Part shown: positions 18,896 to 28,389 of the stretch, one piece after another
Layout of the letters: every line of letters starts with the position of its first letter
Numbering within the stretch: position 1 is the first letter of the stretch
Virus record (IMG/VR): IMGVR_UViG_3300043418_000114
Coordinates: 1-64,000 of that record
DNA: 64,000 nucleotides
Strand: one strand, 5' to 3'
Notes under the pieces: generated by a model
Databases searched by the model: none
What the model was told of the DNA's origin: nothing
The model's input: the letters and a program-made list of their open reading frames with translations, nothing else
Translations under genes and position numbers: made by a program

Positions 18896-19599
18896 CAGCA
18901 AAGTATCTTTACGTAATATACCCTGGAGCATGTGGAGGCAATCATGTTTGTAACATGATTAGTCTCTGTGATGGATTTGGTCCAAGAGTACATAGACCTG
19001 ACTACAAAGAATGGCTGATAGAAACGTACAAGAATACCAACTATGCCTCTAAGCCTCATAAGTTCGTAAACGCACACGTAAGCAATGACATTCACCATGT
19101 GGATAGACTCTATGAATACGTTGATAAAGATTACGCACTAAATCCTGGACATACACTGATCATTCAGGGTCATCTTTTCAACTTCTTATCAGCCAGAGAT
19201 TATGGCATTCTTGAAGAATTAGGTGATGATTATATTGGAATCGTCATGGATTATCCTCCAGAGGGAACAATGCCATGGAATCGCATAGAAGCATATGGAT
19301 ATCATGCCGAAATGAGAGATTATTCGTTGCCACTGATCATTTGGAATATTGCCAAACAGGGCGAATCGAAGCGTCCTCTTGTAGAATTATACGACGATAA
19401 CGCATTTCACCTAGACACCGTTAAATTTTTTACCCCAGAAGGAAGTCAGTATTTGCGTGAATTACTCAAAAAACACTTTGATGTTGACTTGCCAGTAGAA
19501 GCCGATAAACTACATTCTATGTGGTTTAAGTGGATGGAACATATTTTAAAGCCAGAAAATATTGAGTACTGGGATAATTTTTTAAAGAATAATAGATAA
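18892..19599 (+). CDS. hypothetical protein, possibly sulfotransferase-like
   Basis: 235 aa; LYVIYPGACGGNH. Confidence 0.55.
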   Translation: MTAKYLYVIYPGACGGNHVCNMISLCDGFGPRVHRPDYKEWLIETYKNTNYASKPHKFVNAHVSNDIHHVDRLYEYVDKDYALNPGHTLIIQGHLFNFLSARDYGILEELGDDYIGIVMDYPPEGTMPWNRIEAYGYHAEMRDYSLPLIIWNIAKQGESKRPLVELYDDNAFHLDTVKFFTPEGSQYLRELLKKHFDVDLPVEADKLHSMWFKWMEHILKPENIEYWDNFLKNNR

Positions 19600-19602
19600 A
19601 TA
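19597..19602 (+). promoter_or_regulatory. late promoter core TAAATA
   Basis: GATAAATA upstream of 19624. Confidence 0.55.
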
Positions 19603-19623
19603 CTGTTTTAGAAAGTATTTTGT

Positions 19624-21483
19624 ATGGCTACCCCAGATCCAAGCAACGTTGCGCCGTGGTATTTACGCAACATCAACCAAGCATTAGCACTAGATGATGC
19701 GACTGGCAACGTTTACGTTCGCACTGGATTCGAAGGTAATATTGTTATTAGTGGCAACGTTAATGTTCCTGGCAACGTTGACGCACACATCTCAGAAATC
19801 GGCACATCAGGTAACTTACAAGTTCCATGGATGCCAGTCAGTTTAGATGGTAACAGTGCTGTAACGGTAACTAGTGGAAACATAACAGTTGCTCAAGGTA
19901 CTAGTCCTTGGGTAGTATCTGGCAACGTCAATGCTAACGTGTCAGGTAATGTAGGAATTACTGGTACCGTTAATGCTAATATCACTGGCGGCAACGTAAC
20001 AGTAACTCAAGGAACTAATCCTTGGACTGTTGCAGGAAATGTTGGTATCACTGGTACAGTAACAACAGTTCCAGCATTATCAGTTGGTGATTACTTTGGT
20101 GAGCCGTATGCAGTCCCAATCACCCCTGTTGTTCAATTAGATGGTCGTTATGGTATCTACACGAAAGATATTCAAACATATACAGCAGGTGGCGGATCTG
20201 CTAATACTGCTGGTAGTTGCTATCAAGTAGCATCTACATCTACTGCGGGAAGTTATGGTTTAATACGTAGTAGACGTTTCAATACATATAAACCTGGTCA
20301 AAGTTTAGTAGCTCGTTGGTATGGTAAGTTTGACACCCCTAGAGCAGGTACAAGTCAACGCATGGGGTTGAACAACCAAGAGAATGCTTATTGGTTTGGT
20401 TACGATAATACTACATTTGGATTCCTACACACATACGGTGGCAGAGCACCAATATACAGAATAACAGTTAACTCATATTCAGGAGCACAGAATGTAACAG
20501 TAACACTTAACGGTGTTGCTTATGTGATAGCAATCAGTGCAGGCTTGACCACTGGACAGGTAGCACAACAAATTTCACAATCAGCTTTTGGTGGATTGTG
20601 GTTAGCTAATCAACGTGATAATACAGTTGAGTTATTATACAATGGGGTTGGTCCATTGAATGGAACGTTCAGTGTTAGTGGCAGTGGAACATTTAGTGGA
20701 TCAATTGCACAAGTGCAAGCAGGTGTTGCCGCTACTAACGAATGGTTTTATGATGGCACGGACTTTAACTTACCTGTATGGTTCGATGCAACAAAATTCA
20801 ATCAATTTGAAATGAAGTATAGTTGGGCAGGGATTAATTTCTTCATTTTAAACCCAAGTACTGGTCAGTTTGAATTGATATATCAACACTTACAAACAGA
20901 TGAAGATATTTTAGAGTTGACTAATCCTGCTTTCAAAGTAGGTGTATTAGCATTGAATCAGGGCGGATCAAGTGTAGTGACTGTTAAAGTGGCAAGTATG
21001 ATGTCAGGTCTAGAAGGTATCACTAATCGTAATAGTTATACAGCAGGTGTTGCCGCAACTGCAACTTCATTGACACAAAATACATTGTATCAAATACTTT
21101 CAATTCAAAATCCATACACATTCAACGGAACGATAAACACAAAAGAAATATTACTGCAAGACTTAACAGTGGCAACACAATGTAATGATCCTAGTCAAAT
21201 ATATGTTTTTGTTGAACCTATAGTTGAACTGGCAACAGGCGTCGATAATTATATTTCTCAAGATGGACAACCAGCGACAGTTAGTTATCAAAATGGAACA
21301 ATCACCCAAGGTCAATATTACCCTGTAGCAACTTTCGTTGTAGGTAACACTGGATCAGTTACACAGTTTGATTTAAACGCATATCGTGTGGTAATACCTC
21401 CTGGATACCAAGCAACCATTGGTATCATGTCTACTGCTGTTATACAAAAAGCTAGTTCAAGCATTGTTTGGTACAACGACTAA
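19624..21483 (+). CDS. probable virion surface/spike protein with internal repeats
   Basis: 619 aa, G/N/T/V-rich; repeated V(A/T)QGT(S/N)PW.V.GNV..GITGTV; late promoter. Confidence 0.65.
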   Translation: MATPDPSNVAPWYLRNINQALALDDATGNVYVRTGFEGNIVISGNVNVPGNVDAHISEIGTSGNLQVPWMPVSLDGNSAVTVTSGNITVAQGTSPWVVSGNVNANVSGNVGITGTVNANITGGNVTVTQGTNPWTVAGNVGITGTVTTVPALSVGDYFGEPYAVPITPVVQLDGRYGIYTKDIQTYTAGGGSANTAGSCYQVASTSTAGSYGLIRSRRFNTYKPGQSLVARWYGKFDTPRAGTSQRMGLNNQENAYWFGYDNTTFGFLHTYGGRAPIYRITVNSYSGAQNVTVTLNGVAYVIAISAGLTTGQVAQQISQSAFGGLWLANQRDNTVELLYNGVGPLNGTFSVSGSGTFSGSIAQVQAGVAATNEWFYDGTDFNLPVWFDATKFNQFEMKYSWAGINFFILNPSTGQFELIYQHLQTDEDILELTNPAFKVGVLALNQGGSSVVTVKVASMMSGLEGITNRNSYTAGVAATATSLTQNTLYQILSIQNPYTFNGTINTKEILLQDLTVATQCNDPSQIYVFVEPIVELATGVDNYISQDGQPATVSYQNGTITQGQYYPVATFVVGNTGSVTQFDLNAYRVVIPPGYQATIGIMSTAVIQKASSSIVWYND

Positions 21484-21485
21484 TT

Positions 21486-21767
21486 ATGTTTGACGCATTT
21501 AAACAAGCTAAGTTGCAAAACGCATACAAGTCTATGAAGGAGTATAAACCTGCTCCTGAAAAAGACATGACTTTGGATGAGTTGAAGCGACTTAGCGGAA
21601 ACGGCAAGATTACAGGAGAAACGACAGTGACTCCTAACTCTGCTTTAGCCACTCAAAAAGCAGAATACATGCGTGAGCATAACATTCGTCCTGGCGACAA
21701 GGAATGGTTCAAACTGTGGTTCGCTCAACCACATATTACAGGCGAAGATCCATTTTCTAAAAAGTAG
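21486..21767 (+). CDS. hypothetical late protein
   Basis: 93 aa from ATG 21486. Confidence 0.65.
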   Translation: MFDAFKQAKLQNAYKSMKEYKPAPEKDMTLDELKRLSGNGKITGETTVTPNSALATQKAEYMREHNIRPGDKEWFKLWFAQPHITGEDPFSKK

Positions 21768-21779
21768 CATATTATTTGC

Positions 21780-21785
21780 TAAATA
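21780..21785 (+). promoter_or_regulatory. late promoter core TAAATA
   Basis: 6 nt before terminase ATG. Confidence 0.55.
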
Positions 21786-21791
21786 ATAGTT

Positions 21792-23345
21792 ATGGCAAAT
21801 AATAACAATGCACCGTCGTTGGTTAAGACACCTTACCAAAAGACTGCTTTTACCACTGAACAATTACAAGAGTTCGTGAAGTGTTGTGACCCAAATACGG
21901 GTTACTTGTACTTCATGGACAACTTCTTTTACATTCAGCATCCTACAAAAGGCTCGATGCTATATCATCCATGGCCTTATCAAAAGAAACTGATTGACAC
22001 ATATCACAGATATCGTTACTCAATCTCTCTTATGCCTCGCCAGTCTGGTAAGTCAACGTCAGCCGCAGGTTATCTATTATGGTACGCAATGTTTGTGCCT
22101 GACAGCACGATTCTTATTGCCGCACACAAATACACGGGTGCCCAGGAAATTATGCAACGTATTCGTTATGCATATGAAAACTGCCCCGACCATATTAAAG
22201 CTGGTGTTACAACATACAATAAAGGCTCCCTAGACTTTGAAAACGGATCACGTATTGTAAGTGCTACTACGACAGAAAACACCGGTCGTGGTATGTCTAT
22301 TTCACTATTGTATCTTGACGAATTTGCGTTTGTGCGACCATCGATTGCTACAGAGTTCTGGACTGCTATTACACCTACACTATCTACTGGTGGTAAAGCG
22401 ATTATCACAAGCACTCCTAACTCCGACGAAGATCAATTTGCGTTAATCTGGAAACTAGCGAACAAAACAGAAGATGACTTTGGTAACCCAACTGAAGTAG
22501 GCAAGAATGGCTTCCGTGCGTATCGTGCTTATTGGCATGAACAGCCTGGCCGTGATGAACAATGGGCCAAGGAGATGAAATCTCAGCTGGGCGAAGATCG
22601 TTTCAATCGAGAAATTGGATGTGAGTTCATTATTGCCGATGAAACACTTATCAACCCAAATACATTGTTAACCCTTGAAGGCATAGAGCCGAATTTCAGA
22701 CAGGGACAAGTTCGCTGGTACAAGAAACCAGAGAAAGGTCATGTTTACACAGTTGCACTAGATCCAAGTATCGGTACCGGTGGTGACCCAGCGGCAATTC
22801 AGATTTTCGAAGCTGATTCTACTACACAAGTTGGCGAATGGAAGCACAATAAAACAGACATTCCTAGTCAGATTAAGTTATTAGCACAGATTTGTAAGTA
22901 CATCAACGAATGTACTGGTGAATCGAATAACATTTACTACTCGATTGAAAATAACTCAGTTGGTGAAGCGGCCTTAGTGTCATTGAACGAATATGGCGAG
23001 TCAAATATTCCAGGTTCTATGCTCAGTGAACCAGGCAAGAATCGCAAAGGCTTTAACACAGGCAATAAGACAAAACTGGCGGCATGTGCCAAGTTCAAGA
23101 CTTTACTAGAGTCAAAGAAAATGACCATTTTTAGTCGTAGTCTTATCTCTGAGTTGAAAGCATTCGTAGCACATGGCGGCAGTTATGCGGCCAAGATCGG
23201 CGATACTGACGACTTGATCATGGCAACGTTGCTAACTGTTAGAATGGTGCAGTTATTGAGCGAATACCACGTTGATCTGGACAATTATGTCAGAGACCAC
23301 GATGAAATCATCACTCCTTTGCCATTCTTTGCCGTGCTAAGTTGA
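21792..23345 (+). CDS. terL: terminase large subunit (gp17-like)
   Basis: PRQSGKST Walker A, GRG, LYLDEFAF Walker B, STPN, ALDPSIG nuclease, DDLIMA. Confidence 0.95.
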   Translation: MANNNNAPSLVKTPYQKTAFTTEQLQEFVKCCDPNTGYLYFMDNFFYIQHPTKGSMLYHPWPYQKKLIDTYHRYRYSISLMPRQSGKSTSAAGYLLWYAMFVPDSTILIAAHKYTGAQEIMQRIRYAYENCPDHIKAGVTTYNKGSLDFENGSRIVSATTTENTGRGMSISLLYLDEFAFVRPSIATEFWTAITPTLSTGGKAIITSTPNSDEDQFALIWKLANKTEDDFGNPTEVGKNGFRAYRAYWHEQPGRDEQWAKEMKSQLGEDRFNREIGCEFIIADETLINPNTLLTLEGIEPNFRQGQVRWYKKPEKGHVYTVALDPSIGTGGDPAAIQIFEADSTTQVGEWKHNKTDIPSQIKLLAQICKYINECTGESNNIYYSIENNSVGEAALVSLNEYGESNIPGSMLSEPGKNRKGFNTGNKTKLAACAKFKTLLESKKMTIFSRSLISELKAFVAHGGSYAAKIGDTDDLIMATLLTVRMVQLLSEYHVDLDNYVRDHDEIITPLPFFAVLS

Positions 23346-23351
23346 TAAATA
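23346..23351 (+). promoter_or_regulatory. late promoter core TAAATA
   Basis: GATAAATA 6 nt before ATG 23358. Confidence 0.55.
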
Positions 23352-23357
23352 CATATT

Positions 23358-25154
23358 ATGCCTATTAATCAAGAAACACTCAACCGCAGACTTTATAAAG
23401 TACTGCATAATCGTTTTAAAGATACCAAAGCATTGGATTCAGAGGGAGACGTTTCTCCTATTGAAGACGAGGCAGACGTATTTCGCTTTACTTTCACCAA
23501 AGATGGTGAAGAATATGGTAAAGTATACGTCACGGTTGACAATTCTAAGACATTAAAAATCTACTACGACGATGATGTTACCGACAGTCCAAGTTCTATT
23601 ACTCCAGGTTCACAGTACAATGACACGTGGGATGGATTTACCGAATTCATGAAGCGTTGGGCAATGAAGAATCAACTTGGTTGGGAACCAACAGACAAAG
23701 ATCACTTAGAAGGCGACATGGCTAGGAGAAATCACGTGAAGAAACAAGAAAATATGATGGAAGGTTATTACCCAATGGGTAAGAAAGCTAGCTATAGCGA
23801 CAACGTACCTAATGTGAAAATGGTTATTCAACATACCAGAGAAATTCAAGAAGGCGAACAGCGTTATCGCAATGTTGCTAAAATCTTCTTGGAGAATAGT
23901 GAGGGTGAGCGTATCTTAGCTCCTACTACCAAGCCTGGTATCGCACGTGTATATGCTCGTCATATCGCAGAAGGTGGAGTTCCAAATGATGAACGTTGGA
24001 ATCACATCAAAGGTCTATGTGAAGAATATTCAAAGATGGCTGGTTTTGTTCGTGCCACTCGTGGCAAGCAATTCAATGAATCAGCACAAGGTCTAATTGA
24101 AAGTGGCATCAATCACTACAATTCTCTACGTGAATCACTAAGCAAGTTGGCTGGTCATCGCGGTTATAACATGTACTTTGAATCATGGACTCCACCGCTA
24201 ATGGAAGATGAAGATGATTCAAGTTCAATCACTGAATTGTTCGTTCAAGAAACGATGGATCCACGTATCGAAAGCGTAATGCCAATCCTATCTAAGCTAC
24301 ACAAGACAGTAGCAGAAATGAAGGAAGTTGGCGCACTAGCTGAGTGGGCAGATAGCTTGTTAGAAGCTCCTGGTGCCGAGACTCTAAAGCACAATCAAAG
24401 CACAGAAGAAAAAAATCTAAAAGCATTTGGTCTAGCAGAAGAAGAACTAGATGAAGGTGCCGGTGGTCCTGAAGCAAGCGAAGAACCAGTTCAACCTATC
24501 GTTAGTGAAGACGACCTAGATGAAGCAAGCGATGCATATTCTATTCCAGAATCTGATAATAAGAAAATTGAAGCACATGGCGTACATGGCATGAAGTCTA
24601 AGCCATGGCGCAAAGTGTTCAAGAATCAGACGGCGTTTGAAGCATGGTTAGAGAAGAACGAAGGCAATGTTGAAGTTCACGGCACTCGTGAGGTTGAAGA
24701 ACAAGTTGAAGAAGACTTGGATGCTAATCAAAAGCGAGTTGGTCAATTAGGTCCAACTGAAAAGGTTGGACCAAAAGGCGCAGTTGGCAAATTAGTTGGT
24801 GCAAGCGAAAGTTTCATTAACACTGACGCACAAGCCGTGGTAACAGAAGAAGGTTCCGTTGATTATGGTGACCTAGAAAACGAATACTACTATGTAATCG
24901 ACACTCAAAGTGGTGAAGTGATTGACGGTCCATTCGATAGCGTAGGTGAAGTTCCATTACGATTAATGGGATTCGACGGCGGTCACAAAGTCAAGAAGGG
25001 TGCTGAATTGAAGGGGTTAGAAGAAGCAAAATCCGATGATCCAGATTATGACAAAGCACTCAAGCGATTCAAAAAAGGATTGCCTCCAAAAGAGAAACAA
25101 GTCGCTGAAGGTCAAGAAGACTTAGATGCTATTCTACGAATTATTCGCAAATAA
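23358..25154 (+). CDS. late protein with acidic low-complexity C-terminal half (head core/internal protein candidate)
   Basis: 598 aa, Glu-rich tail, late promoter, terminator downstream. Confidence 0.6.
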   Translation: MPINQETLNRRLYKVLHNRFKDTKALDSEGDVSPIEDEADVFRFTFTKDGEEYGKVYVTVDNSKTLKIYYDDDVTDSPSSITPGSQYNDTWDGFTEFMKRWAMKNQLGWEPTDKDHLEGDMARRNHVKKQENMMEGYYPMGKKASYSDNVPNVKMVIQHTREIQEGEQRYRNVAKIFLENSEGERILAPTTKPGIARVYARHIAEGGVPNDERWNHIKGLCEEYSKMAGFVRATRGKQFNESAQGLIESGINHYNSLRESLSKLAGHRGYNMYFESWTPPLMEDEDDSSSITELFVQETMDPRIESVMPILSKLHKTVAEMKEVGALAEWADSLLEAPGAETLKHNQSTEEKNLKAFGLAEEELDEGAGGPEASEEPVQPIVSEDDLDEASDAYSIPESDNKKIEAHGVHGMKSKPWRKVFKNQTAFEAWLEKNEGNVEVHGTREVEEQVEEDLDANQKRVGQLGPTEKVGPKGAVGKLVGASESFINTDAQAVVTEEGSVDYGDLENEYYYVIDTQSGEVIDGPFDSVGEVPLRLMGFDGGHKVKKGAELKGLEEAKSDDPDYDKALKRFKKGLPPKEKQVAEGQEDLDAILRIIRK

Positions 25155-25172
25155 TTGGCGAAAATAGTTCTC

Positions 25173-25205
25173 AAAAACCGCGCTTTTTAGTGCGGTTTCT
25201 TTTTT
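25173..25205 (+). terminator. rho-independent terminator
   Basis: AAACCGC/GCGGTTT stem then T-run. Confidence 0.7.
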
Positions 25206-25220
25206 CTGGGATAAATAATA

Positions 25221-25249
25221 TTGACACATGCAAATAGTAATGCTAAACT
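25221..25249 (+). promoter_or_regulatory. sigma70-type promoter for SSB
   Basis: TTGACA-N17-TAAACT. Confidence 0.75.
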
Positions 25250-25325
25250 ATTACTTGTGTTAGACACTAATAGGTAGTGTCGAATATTAAACAGAGACCA
25301 TCTCAATTTTATAAGGAAAAATATC

Positions 25326-26327
25326 ATGGCATCATTAGCAGAAATCCGTGCCCGTATCGCGGCACAAGAAAACAAGTCACAGGGTAAATCTAACACCCAA
25401 TCTGATAACGCAGTCTACGCACACTGGAACATGGATGAAGGCACTACAGCTACTGTACGTTACTTACCAGACGCCGATCCAAAGAACGAATTCTTCTGGG
25501 TTGAAAAACAAATCATCAAACTTCCATTCAACGGCGTTAAAGGCCAAAGCGACTCTAAGCAAGTAATCGTACAAGTTCCATGTATGGAAATGTATGGCGA
25601 ATCATGCCCAATCTTGGCAGAAGTTCGTCCTTGGTACAAAGACGAGTCATTGAAAGAAATGGCTAACAAATACTGGAAGAAGCGTTCATACTTGTTCCAA
25701 GGTTTTGTTCGTCAAAACCCACTAGGTGACGACAAGACACCAGCAAACCCAATCCGTCGTTTCATCATCTCTCCACAAATCATCCCAATCGTCAAGAGCG
25801 GTTTGATGGATCCAGAGATCCTAGAAATGCCAACTGACTACACTCGTGGTCTTGATTTTAACATCAAGAAAACCACAAAAGGTGGCTATGCTGATTACTC
25901 AACCAGCAACTGGGCTCGTCGTGAGACTCCTCTAACAGAAGCTGAACAAGCCGCTATCGATGCACATGGTTTGTTTGACTTGAAAGAGTTCTTGCCTAAG
26001 AAGCCAACCGCCGCTGAATTGAACATCATCAAAGAAATGTTCGAAGCATCAGTTGACGGTCAACCATACGACTTAGAGCGTTGGGGTCAATACTACCGTC
26101 CATACGGCTTAGAAGCACCTGCAGGTTCGACCGCGGCTAAACCAGAAGCGTCTGCTGAAACCAGCGCCCCCGCAACTGCACCAGTAGCAGAATCTACTAC
26201 AGCACCGTGGGAAGACGAGCCACAGACCGCATCCGCACCAGTGAGTGTCCCTACTCAAACCGCTACTTCTAGCGACAAAGCACAAGACATCCTAGCGATG
26301 ATCCGTGCAAGACAAAACAAGTCTTAA
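25326..26327 (+). CDS. single-stranded DNA-binding protein (T4 gp32-like)
   Basis: basic N-terminus, VRYLPD, CPIL, DFNIKK, ADYSTSNW; gene order SSB-UvsX-UvsY. Confidence 0.85.
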   Translation: MASLAEIRARIAAQENKSQGKSNTQSDNAVYAHWNMDEGTTATVRYLPDADPKNEFFWVEKQIIKLPFNGVKGQSDSKQVIVQVPCMEMYGESCPILAEVRPWYKDESLKEMANKYWKKRSYLFQGFVRQNPLGDDKTPANPIRRFIISPQIIPIVKSGLMDPEILEMPTDYTRGLDFNIKKTTKGGYADYSTSNWARRETPLTEAEQAAIDAHGLFDLKEFLPKKPTAAELNIIKEMFEASVDGQPYDLERWGQYYRPYGLEAPAGSTAAKPEASAETSAPATAPVAESTTAPWEDEPQTASAPVSVPTQTATSSDKAQDILAMIRARQNKS

Positions 26328-26334
26328 TATGGGA

Positions 26335-26356
26335 ACAAGGGACTTCGGTCCCTTGT
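26335..26356 (+). terminator. UUCG tetraloop hairpin (terminator or stabiliser)
   Basis: ACAAGGGAC-TTCG-GTCCCTTGT; weak U tract. Confidence 0.6.
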
Positions 26357-26372
26357 CTTAAGGAGAATCCCC

Positions 26373-26597
26373 ATGACAATGCCAGACGAAAGATACCGTG
26401 CTTTAAAGCAGGGTAAAAAGCTATTAGAGGAGTTGTGTGACCCAGGTCGTACACCTCGTGTGCCTAGTTTGGTTCGTGATAGAGCAAGAGGAGCGTTGCG
26501 TCATTACCCATCTGATTATGAATTAGAACGTATGGCGGAGAAGTGTCCCGATTTGCTTGATACACAACCTTTCAGCGTGTACACTGTAAACAAATAA
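26373..26597 (+). CDS. hypothetical protein
   Basis: AAGGAG RBS; MPDERYRAL...RHYPS. Confidence 0.75.
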   Translation: MTMPDERYRALKQGKKLLEELCDPGRTPRVPSLVRDRARGALRHYPSDYELERMAEKCPDLLDTQPFSVYTVNK

Positions 26598-26607
26598 GGA
26601 GAACGAA

Positions 26608-27681
26608 TTGGCAAAACCATTCGACATTAGTAAATTTAGAAAAGACATTACAAAGTCCATCGACGGACTTTCAGTTGGCTTTCATGATCCAACTGACTGG
26701 ATCTCAACAGGCAATTACGCACTCAACTACTTAATCAGTAGTGACTTTAAGAAGGGCGTACCACTAGGCAAAGTTACTGTATTCGCAGGCGAATCAGGAT
26801 CAGGCAAATCATTCATTTGCTCTGGTAACTTAGTTCGCAACGCACAACAACAAGGCATCTATGTTGTGTTGATCGACAGCGAAAACGCACTTGATGAAGC
26901 ATGGCTACATGCACTTGGTGTAGAAACTACCGATGACAAACTATTGAAGCTAAACATGGCGATGATTGATGACGTTGCTAAAACAATTTCAACATTCATG
27001 AAAGACTACAAAGCGATGGCCGAAGAAGACCGTCCTAAAGTTCTATTCGTAGTTGACTCACTTGGTATGTTAATGTCACCAACAGAAGTCAATCAGTTTG
27101 ATGCTGGTGAAATTAAAGGTGATATGGGTCGTAAGCCTAAAGCACTTAAAGCACTAGTCACTAACTGCGTGAACATGTTTGGTAGCTGTAACGTTGGCTT
27201 GGTTGCTACTAACCACAGCTACGCATCACAAGATCCATACTCACCAGACCCAATCGTTTCAGGTGGTTCAGGCTTTGTATATGCATCCTCAATCTTGGTT
27301 GCGATGAAGAAGTTGAAGCTGAAAGAAGACGAAGAAGGCAACAAGACGACTGATGTATTGGGTATTCGTGCTGGATGCAAAATCATGAAGACTCGTTACG
27401 CTAAACCGTTCGAAGATATTCAGATTCAAATTCCATATGAAACTGGCATGAATCCATACAGTGGCTTCTTTGACTTGATCGAAAAGAAAGAGTTGATTAA
27501 GAAAGAAGGCAATCGTTATGCATACACTGACTTGAATGGCGAAGTTCATAAGTATTTCCGCAAAGAGTGGAATAGAAATGAAAACGGTATCATGGATCTG
27601 GTAATGGATGAGTTTGCTGAAAAAACCAAACCTGTGATAAGTAATTCTGTAGAAACTGATGAAGGAGAACCTACAGAATGA
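26608..27681 (+). CDS. uvsX: RecA-like recombinase UvsX
   Basis: TTG start with AAGGAG; STGNYALN, GESGSGKS, IDSE, VVDSLG, GDMGRK, NHSY, SGGSG. Confidence 0.93.
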   Translation: MAKPFDISKFRKDITKSIDGLSVGFHDPTDWISTGNYALNYLISSDFKKGVPLGKVTVFAGESGSGKSFICSGNLVRNAQQQGIYVVLIDSENALDEAWLHALGVETTDDKLLKLNMAMIDDVAKTISTFMKDYKAMAEEDRPKVLFVVDSLGMLMSPTEVNQFDAGEIKGDMGRKPKALKALVTNCVNMFGSCNVGLVATNHSYASQDPYSPDPIVSGGSGFVYASSILVAMKKLKLKEDEEGNKTTDVLGIRAGCKIMKTRYAKPFEDIQIQIPYETGMNPYSGFFDLIEKKELIKKEGNRYAYTDLNGEVHKYFRKEWNRNENGIMDLVMDEFAEKTKPVISNSVETDEGEPTE

Positions 27682-27926
27682 GTTTAAGTTTAGTAGCAGA
27701 AGTCTGGGAAGCGTTACAAACGCATATTGATTTTAATGAACGAGGTGATGCCGCAGATACATTGGTAACATACTTGATTGAAAACAACTACGAAGTTGAC
27801 GATATCAAAGATGCTTTCAGTGATAAAACCATCAACAAAGCATTGAAGGGTTATGCAGAAGAACACTTCCAAGAAGACGACTACGAAGATTACGAAGAAG
27901 ATACAGACGAAGACGATTGGAATTAA
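27678..27926 (+). CDS. acidic hypothetical protein
   Basis: 82 aa between UvsX and UvsY. Confidence 0.75.
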   Translation: MSLSLVAEVWEALQTHIDFNERGDAADTLVTYLIENNYEVDDIKDAFSDKTINKALKGYAEEHFQEDDYEDYEEDTDEDDWN

Positions 27927-28388
27927 ATGGCAATATGGTACTCACAAATTACTTCTAACCTAGGAGTAATCCCAGACTTTATTAGTTACTATGAAACTGA
28001 ATTGATTCAGGCAAAGAGTGAGGTTAAAGTTATTGGAAACGTTGAGAAAAACATTGCCGCTATTCCTGGCGTGACAGAGCACCGCTTTAATCAACTACAA
28101 GAGATTGAAGCGGTTCTCCAATATCTTAACTTGCAACTACGCAAGATTCGCCGAAAACATTTTCAAAAATATCTAGAAGCGTACAATAGAGCATTAACAG
28201 ATCGTACCGCTGAAAAGTACGTAGATGGTGAAGACGAAGTTATTGATATGGAAACTATCATTAACGAAGTAGCACTACTACGCAATAGATGGTTAGGTGT
28301 AATGAAGGGACTTGAAGCCAAACAATGGCAGATGGGACACATTGTTCGCCTACGCACTGCCGGTATGGAAGATATCACAATAGGATAA
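27927..28388 (+). CDS. uvsY: recombination mediator UvsY-like
   Basis: helical, KYLEAYNRALT, YVDGEDEV, VMKGLEAKQWQM; position after UvsX. Confidence 0.75.
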   Translation: MAIWYSQITSNLGVIPDFISYYETELIQAKSEVKVIGNVEKNIAAIPGVTEHRFNQLQEIEAVLQYLNLQLRKIRRKHFQKYLEAYNRALTDRTAEKYVDGEDEVIDMETIINEVALLRNRWLGVMKGLEAKQWQMGHIVRLRTAGMEDITIG

Positions 28389-28389
28389 T

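Noticed and set aside
21792-27681. Inteins in terminase or UvsX
   Set aside because: Lengths are ordinary and no C...HN-C/S/T splice motifs were seen.
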